DNA of 64,000 nt from the NCBI RefSeq assembly GCF_009914755.1, contig NC_060930.1; one strand, written 5' to 3'. The stretch is from the human T2T-CHM13v2.0 reference genome, Homo sapiens. The first letter of the stretch is position 1; each line of letters begins with the position of its first letter. The notes beneath the pieces were generated by a model. That model searched no databases, was not told where the DNA came from, and worked only from the letters and a program-made list of their open reading frames with translations. Positions 52,146-64,000 of this stretch are shown one piece after another. The translations under genes and the position numbers were made by a program.

Positions 52146-54764
52146 TTGATTGAAGGCATACTTGAATGCAGTGATTGGAGATCAGTTAAACCATTTTCTA
52201 TGTTAACTTCACCTAGTTGAAACACATCGATAAACCTGTTAAAAGCAGTATAGAAGAATCTCACTCCTTGTACTTGAAATCTGAATTTCAGCTGTTTTTT
52301 TCATATATATATATGTTTGCAATTTCTTGCAGTAAATAAATTTTTACAAATGTCTCTTTCTGAGGATAACTCTGTGTTCCATGACTCAGTACTTTAAGAA
52401 TTGCTTATTTTCCTACATTGTCTTTGACTGTATCTGAGAAGCCACCTGGGACTTAGGAATAAGTAGCATTTTCAGCTTGTTCTCAGTCCCTAGGCTTCTA
52501 AGGATCCAATTTTCAGTCTTAAATAGTAACTTTTTTCAGTGTCTTCCCAGATCAGTGATTCTTCTAGCATTACATCTCTCATAAATAGTCAGTCAAATAC
52601 ATTTCCAAGTAAACAAGCCCCAAATTCCTTATGAGACAATTTCCAGAAGCAGGATATGCCTTTGCTGTTGTTTCTCCATCTTGGTTCCACTTTACTTAAT
52701 TGTGTTCGCATATAATTCAAGCTTATCTAACTTTGGTGGAAGAGTCAACATTCTTAATTGTTTCTTCCCCTGAGTCATTTTTTGTCTAATTTAAAGGATT
52801 TCCTTCTCCCTAGACCTTTAGATTTCATCTGAAACATTTCTATTTACCTTGGGTTTTAATCGTATGTGTGATAGCAGACCCATAAGTCTATCTTTCTTCC
52901 CCCACCAAAACATTTTGCATTTCTTCTCTCACCGTTTGGAGTATGAAATTAGTTGATTGGTTGGCTTTTCCAACATTGCAAGGCCATGAATTTCTCGTAA
53001 CCTTGCAATCTTGCTTGCCAATGCAAACTCTTTCTTGAGCTCCTCTCTTTCTTATCAAGGAGAAGTCAATACAACCTGACAAATAATAATAACATTGTTT
53101 TGTGTCTTTTTTCTCTCATCCTAAAAATTTATTTTGTATATCACCTGTCTCCCAAGTACTGTATTTCAGGTAAAACTTTCACTATTTTTTTTTTATTTTA
53201 CCGCTGCATAACTTTAATTGTCATCTTTCAAGAATGCAAAATAATGTTTCTACTATTCCCTCCTTTGTTTCCAAGCAAATATTTACAAACTTTTTAAGTA
53301 GCAACCTTCTACAATGAATGACAGGTAGAAGATGGAAAAAATTATAGTCATATTTTAAAGGGATAAGGAAGGGATTTGGGGTGAAAGGGCAAGAAAAAGT
53401 ACTATGGACTGGGAACTGACAAAGGTATATTTGGGATGGAGATAAGAAGCTCTGCAATATAGACTGTGGTAAATTGGGTCTAATCCTATAGGAACTATAA
53501 GAAAGGATGTTGTATGTTAGATATTTCTTAACTTTGAATGTCTTTTGAGGGATAGAGGTAAAGAATGAATTTCCTTTTATATTAAACCATTGACAAGCTA
53601 TGTTGTAGTTTCTCAGAGCTTGAACACTGGATTATAATTTCAAAGAAGCTATTCAATACAAATCACAATGGCCTCATTTTAAACTTAAAAAAGTTATTAT
53701 AATTTATGGATGTAATAACACTGACATACTTCTAACAAAATGGTGATCTATTTTGCTTTACTGTAATCTCTGATTAGAAGTGCCTAGGATTAACCATGTA
53801 GATTTAAGGAACTATTTTCCCTTTATCACAGGTTATCTAGAGATTTTTGTATCTTTTTTAATGTTGAAGATAATTTTTGAAGTGTGAATGGGAGTAAGAC
53901 AAGAAATAAAACTCAATTATTGTATTTTTCTTCCTTCAACCCAAAAAGTCAGTACAAAAGCCACAAATATTATACTGTTTTATACCTATCATTTTGATTC
54001 ACAGTCACATTAATTTTCTCTACATTTCTCCAAAGCAGAAATACAGATGGATAGCTTAAAATGGGACAGTAGGGAGCAGTTAAAAGCAATTACATTTTCA
54101 AGCCTGTGATGCTTGGATTGAAAATTTGTAAGAGTTATAGGTCAATTGGATTGAGTAATATATATTAGAGATCTGTTTGGGACTTTTATTTTGCTGAATT
54201 TTGCTCACCGTATTCACCTTTAGACATGTAAAGAATAGGGAATAGTGAAAACTCAAATTTAGGGGCTGAATTTCATAGCCTATTCTTAATATATTTTATA
54301 TTATACAGCATATATTCTTAGGATAAGAGGAGAAAGTGATAGAGTAGTTTAAAGAGCCCAGTGATAAGTTAAAAGATGATGGTCATTCTCCTTTGACACT
54401 AACTATAGCTAGAATTTTAGCTAGTAACTTATACCTCTCCAAATCCTAATTTTCATCTCTTCATTTGAAGGGACTGATGGTTTAATCAAATTCCATTCCA
54501 CTGTAAAATTTCACTGAAAAATGATTTTGATTAGTTACATGTAACAAAATATTTTCTGGTTTATAATTAGTAAAATCCATAAAATATGAGCTCATTATTA
54601 TAATTTACTCCCAGTAAGTAAAAAGAAATTTGAACTTGAGTATTCACTCAAGCCCATTTTTCTCTGGAAAAGATGATTATTATCTCTACATGTTCTTTCC
54701 CAGTTTTCTTATAATAGAGAAAATAAAATAATGTATATATCCATGAAAGCAAAATAATAAACTA

Positions 54765-55112
<348 letters not shown>

Positions 55113-55119
55113 CCCTCTA

Positions 55120-55168
<49 letters not shown>

Positions 55169-56122
55169 ATTATATAATATATAATATACATATATATACT
55201 ATAATTTACATATTATATATACACATATATATACTTACTTTATGCAACTTAAGCAGAAATAGAATTATATTTTAAACATAGGAGCCATATGTGGAGAACA
55301 GGAATACCAATTGATTGCAAGGTCATAATATGACTGCTTTAAAAACCAAGGGGAAGTAGTCAATGGTGATACTAACCTGCTTACATGACTTTGTGTTCTG
55401 AGGACATCAAAATGCAATAATGGAAATAAATTACCAGAAAACTATTCATAAACAATTTTGGTGTTCATAATTACTATTTCTACTAACACCAAGAAGATGT
55501 TAGTAGGTGAAGCAATACACTTCTAATCATTTTTTGCAAAACATATCATGTTAGGAATACTGGATGCTAACCAATCATCATTCTGAAAGTAGAGAGGTAT
55601 ATAGGTGAATACATATGTACATATATATGTAGAATCATATGGCTAAGTCTACACACACATGCATTCTTATTGTGTTTTTTAAATGTAGTTTAATGGATTT
55701 CTGTGAAATGGAGAAAGTTATCAAAAAGGTTTTTCCTAAAAATGTTTGGAAGTTTACTTATTCTGAGTTATCTCTTTTCAAAAAAATACCCCCCCAAAAA
55801 AAAAGGGAAAATTATCTATTGGGAACTTCCATTGTTCACAAATGTTAAGATATCTTAAGGATTATGGATTTTTCAACAAAAAGCAAGAAGCGCTTTTTTC
55901 TTTTTTTGTTGGCCAGCACACATTTTTATAGTGAAACATGACCCCACTTGTACAAAGCTTATACTCTTCCAATGCTCATTAAACCCTAAAGAGCTCAAAT
56001 CACCATTTCATGGATTTGAACTCTTTCTAGTCAGTGTCTTCACATTTATTATTTTGTCCATATGTCCTATTAAAAGTAATAGATAATTCTTTTCTCACTT
56101 TCTGACTCTTGTTTTCAATATG

Positions 56123-56161
56123 GTGCTTGTAACTGATAAAGTGCTTGTAACTGATAAAGTG
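56123..56161. repeat. Perfect 18-bp tandem duplication GTGCTTGTAACTGATAAA x2
   Basis: Copies at 56123-56140 and 56141-56158, plus GTG. Confidence 0.9.
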
Positions 56162-57239
56162 AGATAAGATGAGATCTTTGTTTGCCCCTTAATTTTGTAC
56201 TGTGTATTTCATTTGGCATCATGTCCTGGGAAATCCATGAGCTACCCCATTTGGAGAAGTCAGAATTCTCTTCATGTTAAATCAATGAAAATTGCTGTAA
56301 CTAAATTCTACCAGTTTCTTCAAACAATTATGCTTTAATGGAACATTTCCAAAAAGGCATGTACCTTAATGAATGCTATAGGAAAACTCTGAAATGCTGA
56401 ACTTGTGTCAAAAGTGATTTTTTTAAATTAGGGAATGTTTGAAAAGCTACTTGTACAAAAACAAATCAGAAATATCTGCATGAAAATCCAAATTCAATAT
56501 TTTCATTTTTTAGTTACCCAGGGCTTATAAATCACTAACTGTATATGATGATTCTTAATTATGAAAATAAATATACTTTTCCTCACATCAAATGTAAATA
56601 TTATAATTATATGGTATCGTTTAAGTTTTGAAAGCTAAATTTGTAGAGAAATTAATAATTTAAGGTGTTGTATTTTTTCTATTGTATTTAAGTGTATCTC
56701 CATAAAACAAGATAAATTCATCTTTACTATCAGTGAAATGTATAATTTTTTTTCACTACTTACTTTGTTTTATTCAGAATGAATTGTCTTTCAGGTGTTT
56801 TTTTTTTATGTTTTTGAGTAAATGGACTTATAAAAGAGTTAAATATATTAGTCAATGAAAAATAGACACAATTTTCTTTTATGAGGTAACAGAAAGAATA
56901 TTTAAAGAGGTATATTACACAATATTACCATGTTAGGAAAAACAATGAGGTGGCAGTAAAGAAGAAATGGATTGTTTCAGGGCAATATGATGGATTTGTG
57001 AGGAGGAAGTCATATTATATAAAATGCCTGTTCAAGGTTGGAGTATAAGCATGATTCTTTTCATTTTGTACTACAAATCTCCAACCTAATCTTTCTGAAA
57101 GTCTTTCAGAAAAAGATGAGATAATGACAATCTCATGCTTCTTGGCTTACCTTCTCATAAACCCTGCTCTCAAACTTTAGAATATCAATATCGATTGTTT
57201 TCGAATATTATCCATTTGGTGACCACTTTCTTTTCAACA

Positions 57240-57700
57240 AATATTACTAGAATGCTCAATTATCAGCTGTTAAATCTCTGAACAATATCCTTTGTCTGGC
57301 CAGCTGCTGAAACGTCCAGTTGCTGGGCTTATTTCATCTCAGACTCATAGGCGGCCTGCCAATAGCATCACATCCCAGCACCCTTCAAGGGGTCCTGATA
57401 CCGTCCTTTCAGTGGCCAGCTGTTGCAGTTATAGTTAAATAATTGCCAAACTAAAGGCCACAAAAAACAATGCCTTGTCATTCTTTTTATTTTTGAGCTT
57501 TTATCTTGTCCAAGCTTCATCATCAATGTCATATTGCTATAAGCCATAGCCAGCATCTTACAGATCTCCAGAAAGCTTTTAGAAGTTATTTTGTATTCAT
57601 TGTAGATGGTGAATAATTGAAGCAATCCACCTGCTCTGGGGCTTGTCTGTCAACTTTGATATTGGTAGCAGCGTGAGTGACACTGGCTTACTGTTATGAA
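57240..57700. promoter_or_regulatory. Candidate enhancer / conserved non-coding element
   Basis: Non-repeat block less AT-rich than its flanks, with three CAGCTG E-boxes (57264, 57301, 57417), CACCTG (57628), AACAAT SOX sites (57281, 57466) and CTTTGAT TCF site (57654). Confidence 0.35.
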
Positions 57701-57829
57701 TTTGGGTACTGGTTTTTTAGACACAGAGAAAAATGTATGTTTTAAGATATATCTCTATAGGTGATTTTGCTCCTGAAAAGTATGATTAAGTATTACACTT
57801 TTTAGTATTCATTACTGCATTACTATTTT

Positions 57830-59500
57830 ATCATTAAACATTTATTTCAAATAAGAAAATAAATTGAATTATGTTTATAAAATAAATATGTGCTAAGTGT
57901 ACAAAAATATTTAAATTATGGCAAATATATAAAGGAGTAAATAATCTATCTCCTTGACATCAAAATAACCACTTTCAAATATTAGACTTTGCTTCTAGTC
58001 TTGCCTCTGGAAACTATGTGTATTTCCGTTAATAATTTCTTTTTCTCCCAGAGCTTTCATCTGATGATTAAAAAAAACTAACATTTACTGTTACCTTTCC
58101 ATGTCTATCTTTAGGATTTTACAAACCAAAACAAGCATGTGCAGATAAATGTAATTCAGCTATTTTTAGTTAAAATATTATGTTACTATATAGTTTTCTA
58201 TTTTCATTTAATAAATTTGTGTATTATTTTGGGTAAAGTTATTTTTCTCATAAGTGGTATGTTAATAACATTTGCTCGTATCAGTAAAAATATTTAAAAA
58301 TTTAATTTGAATTAAATATAAATTTCCATCTTCTTTATTAACAATCTTTACTTGATCATTAAAATGATGTTTTGAATTTAGGGCATCTATGTTTTTTATT
58401 TTATAAACACAGTTGCAATGAGCAATGTGGCTTATAAGTGTGGATGGTTTTGATTATTTATTGGGGTTAGGCTTCTAGAACTAAACTTAATGATAAAAGG
58501 ACATAAAACTTTAAAAAATCTTGATTCACATAGCCTCTTGCTTAAAAGAAAGAAAATGTATACTCCAAAAAATAGTATAAAAAAGTCTGTTCTGACAAAG
58601 CATATATCACTATTTTTATGCTATATATTTCCCATTCAAAGATAATGATTATTTTTATATTAATTATTTAAATATTCTATATACAGTTACTTTAAAAATA
58701 TTTTATTGTTGTATGTAAAAAATCAGAAAAAATAGTTGAGAAAATAATTACTACTTGCATTTTATGAATGCATATGTAGAAGATATATGTTAATTTAAAT
58801 AGATATGTATATATAAACATGACCACAGATACTAATGCTATATCTATATAAAATTTGTCACTTTTTGCAAAAGTAGAATCAAACCCAGAAACCGTATTAT
58901 AATCAAATAGAGGACATTAACTAGGAGAAGAATATAATCTAATCAAACATGGTATTGGGTAAACTGAATTTTTATATTTATAGTCAAATAAATCATAAGG
59001 ATCAAGAATTAAGTACAACTGGATTGAAGATTCAAGTGTAAATAAGAGATAACTTTAAAATAATTAACAACGATCTTTTTTTTTGCACAAGACTATATTT
59101 TCTTAAACAAGATATAAAATGTAAACAAAAAAAGATAAGCAATGGTATGTGAAACTATGGAAAAACTAAAACGTTGAGACATAGTTTAAAAAACCCAGTT
59201 TAAATCATAAAATACATGAAATGTTGGAAAGGTTATGGTAAACAACAAATGTTTATTTATTGCTGTGAGAGTACAAATTGTTCTAAACATTTTGGAGTAC
59301 TATTTGATTATATTTAGTCCAATTTAAAAGTCATATAACTTAAGGCATAAGAATAGGAATTGTACTTTTAAATATCTATTTTAAAGAAGCACTCATACAT
59401 GTACCTACAAAGTTATATAAAACTCAACCAGCATCTTGTATGTCTAAATGGTAGAAACCAGTAAGATGAACAAACATGCATGATGAGATTAAATAGTAAA
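57830..59500. mobile_element. Highly degenerate L1ME fragments in both orientations
   Basis: Antisense motifs at ~58330-58560 and sense motifs at ~59220-59420 ('gctgtgagagtacaaattgttctaaacattttggag'). Confidence 0.35.
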
Positions 59501-60575
59501 GTAACTTTGTATTCATTTCCCAGTGTGTCTTTATTAGACGGAGTTAAGTTTTTAACTTTAAAAAGCTGACAGGACTTGTCATTTTTCTCTGATTATTTTA
59601 AATCACAAAAAATCTAAAATAAATAAATAAATAAATATATATACACAACAACAATAAAAAGCCCAGTCTTTTATAATAATAATAAAAAAACTAGTCACAG
59701 TATTTTCCAAACCTAAGTTCCACCCTGTAGTGAGTGATAAGCCTCTACTCTGAGAACAAGAGTGTAAGTTAGATTATTTTTTCTTTATCTCTCATGGTAA
59801 CTCACCTTCACAGCTTCTTATCCCTTTACCTTCCAAGAATGCAAGCCTATGGATGGAACAAAATAAGAGAAATTAGATGACATAACAAGTCTATCCAGGA
59901 AGTCATTTGTGGTTCCTTACAGAAACTCCCCCACTGCCAGTCATGTCTCACAGCAGTGCCCTCCTTTGGGTCAGGCTCTCTCCCTCTCTGAGGTCTTTCT
60001 AGCTTTCCTAGCTTTACTCTGCCGAGTCTATTTTCCTTGCCAAGTGCATTTCATGGAAAGACCTAGAATGACACTCTCCTGTGCACTCTCCTTTCATAGC
60101 TTCCAGCCAGTCTACATAAAACACTAATAATATATATTCATTATTTGCCCTAATAAAATCTTGTCCTAACCGATTCCACTACAACAGAAAGATCTACTTT
60201 GGCTTGTCCATAAGCAGCTAGCTAGTTCATCTCTAGACCTGTAGAGCTGTCAAGAAGGAATTTGACAGTAATACAATGTATTCTTCAACTATAAGAAATG
60301 CATATGGCACTTCCCACATGGCATTCCTTGATTCTCTGTCATTAGACTTGAGATGAGGAACATGTACGTTTTATCCTGCGAATGCATAGAAAACCAATAG
60401 TGATCACCAAAAGTCCTTTAAAAACTGATAGTCTGTTAGTATCCAAGAAATGCATTTATTCTTAATACGTAGTTAAGACAACAATAGTAACCACTAGAAA
60501 TAATAAATGGCTATAAGTAATTTAGTTTATTTCATGTGTATAGCAATAAAATCACTTAGCTTTTAAGAATCATTA

Positions 60576-61697
<1,122 letters not shown>

Positions 61698-62839
61698 AGA
61701 ACCACTAAAGAGCAAAAGACTTACCTATGTGAAAGGGAAACAATAACTGAAGGAGGAAGACCCGTGAAAATAAAGGAAGAGAATGTGATGAATACTAAAA
61801 CCAGGGAAGTGATTTTTCCTGTGACATTAGAAAGGACACCTCCATTTGTAATACAGATCTAAGCAAGGAAAGGTGGATGTAAATATTATTCTAGATGTGC
61901 AATACAGGGAGCTGTTGTTTAGTTAAATGTATGTTTTTTCCTATAATGAATTTCTTCTACCATACTTCCTGCAATTTATGTTTCAGATCACTGTAGAAGA
62001 GCAGTTTAAGTAATAACAGACAAAATCTACGTGAAAAAATAAACATGTTTAACCTATGAGCCAAAAGTAAGTGAATGGCTTTTAAGGCAGATAAATTATC
62101 TGTAATTTAAAACTCACTTTTCTCTACACCTAGTAGAAGAAAGGGCAATTTTAGCATTTTGTAGACAGTGTTTCCTAAATTGGTGGAATAAATATTTATT
62201 GCCACAATCTTGGTAAAGTTACGATTTTCAAAGATTATGCAATGGCCTTTGCCTATTAATTTTGTTCATCTTGCACAAAAAGCTATATGTTTCTTTCACA
62301 TATTTTGATATTTCATGCTTGTTTTTCTGTAATTGTAATAATAATAATGTCTTAAGTTTTAACTCAAGGGCTGAGGAATGTTTTTCCTTGTTCATTTAAA
62401 TCATTCCAAGAAGGTGGGTTAGAAAAAGGCCTATGTGACTTTTAATATAATTTATTTTTCATCTGTCATCTCTCACAGTTTCACATAATTCTTATTTGTA
62501 ATCTCAAAGTATGCATACTGATTTGTTTTTTTAATTTTTTCCTTACTGTAATTTGAAAAGGTAATCACTTCATGCATTTGAAAAAATGAAATCAATATTA
62601 TCAATTTGTTTAAATTTTCCCCTCCTTTAGTTACCCTTAAAGATCTTGGAATGTATATATTTCTTTGACACATGTGGACAGTGGTATGATAATTTTTTTC
62701 AGTATTATAAATGCTTCCTTGATGCATTTCATCTCTAATCAATATTATAGAGGCAACAAAATGTAAAGTATACATTGAGTGTGAGCCTGACATTATCCAT
62801 AGACCCATGCCATGGCCTTAGATAATCAACATATCCACC

Positions 62840-64000
62840 TGTATTAGTCGATTCTCAAGCTGTTATAATTATGTACCTGACGCTGGGTAATTTATAAAGG
62901 AAAGAGGTTTAACTGACTCACAGATACGCAGGTCTGGAGTAGCCTCTGGAAACTTACAATCATGGCAGAAGGGGAAGCAAACACATCCTTATTCACATGG
63001 AGACAGCGAGGAGAAGTGCAGAGCAAAGCTGGGGAAAGACCTCTCATAAAACCATCACATCTCAGGAGAGCTCACTCACTATCATGAAAACAATAGGAAT
63101 ATAACCACCCTGTGATTAAACTACCTCCCACTTGGTCCCTCCCACAACATGTGGGGATTATGGGAACTACAATTCAAGATGAGATTTAGGTGGGGACACA
63201 ACCAAACCTAATCATTCCAAGCCTAGACCCTCCCAAATCTTATGTCCTCACATTTCAAAATACAATCATGCCTTCCCAACAGTTACCCAAAGTCTTAATG
63301 CATTCCAGCATTAACTTAAACGTCCAAGTTCGAAGTCTCATCTGAGACAAGGCAAGTCCCTTCCACCTTTGAGCTTATAAAATCAAAAACAAGTTAGTTA
63401 CTTCATAGATACAATGGAGGTACAGGCATTGAGTAAATATACTCATTCCAAATGAGAAAGTTGCTGAAACAAAGGGGCTACAGACCCCATGCAATTCTGA
63501 AAATTGATAGGGCAATCATTAAACCTTAAAAGTCCAAAATGATCCCCTTTGACTCCATATCTCATATCCAAGTCACATTGATACAAGAGGTGGGCTCCTT
63601 CAGCCTTGGGCAGCTCTGCCTCTGTAGCTTTTCAGGGTACAGCCTCCCTCTCAGCCGCTTTCATGGGCTGGCATTGCCTGACTATGGCTTTTTCAGGTGT
63701 GCAGTGGAAACTGTTAGTGGATCTACCATTCTAAGGTCTGGAGCATGGTGGCCCTCTTCTCACAGCTCCACCAAGTAGTGCCCCAGTGGGAACTCTGTGG
63801 GGGCTTCAACCCCACATTTTCCTTCTGCACTGCCCTAGCAGAGGTTCTCCATAAGGGCTCCACCCTTGCCACAGACTTCAGCTTGGACATCCAGGCATTT
63901 CCATACATCCTCTGAAATCTAGGCAGAGGTTCCCAAACCTCAATTCTTGACTTCTGCACACTTGGCAGGCCCAACACCATATGGAAGCTGCCAAAGTTTG
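62840..64000 (-). mobile_element. THE1 (C/D-like) element: LTR 62840-63214 plus internal region running off the window
   Basis: Same LTR and internal motifs as the element at 23053-25395. Confidence 0.9.

Noticed and set aside
57368-57625. 85-aa minus ORF as a coding exon
   Set aside because: No recognisable domain and no clear splice sites; a regulatory interpretation fits better.

Overview
This is AT-rich primate (very likely human) non-coding DNA, either gene desert or deep intron, and I see no intact cellular protein-coding gene. Most long ORFs in the track are fragments of repeats. Main contents: a decayed L1PA (1-4260); a ~790-bp TSD-flanked retrocopy of a non-repeat mRNA 3' end (4849-5640); a MER4A solo LTR with a 168-bp internal duplication and a nested Alu; two adjacent 5'-inverted (twin-primed) L1s, one hosting a full-length THE1 element and an Alu; a complete 5.7-kb HERV-H provirus on the minus strand (40494-46187; two 452-bp LTR7s, tRNA-His PBS, AAGTG TSD, intact TATA and splice donor, broken ESRG-like ORF); further THE1/MST/MLT/LTR16/LTR33 LTRs, old L1M/HAL1/L2/MIR fragments and microsatellites; and a motif-dense unique block near 57.2-57.7 kb that may be an enhancer. 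I found no convincing new biological system. The best leads are the HERV-H as a possible pluripotency promoter or lncRNA source, the orphan UTR retrocopy, and the candidate enhancer. Subfamily names come from recalled consensus sequences and were not checked by a search.
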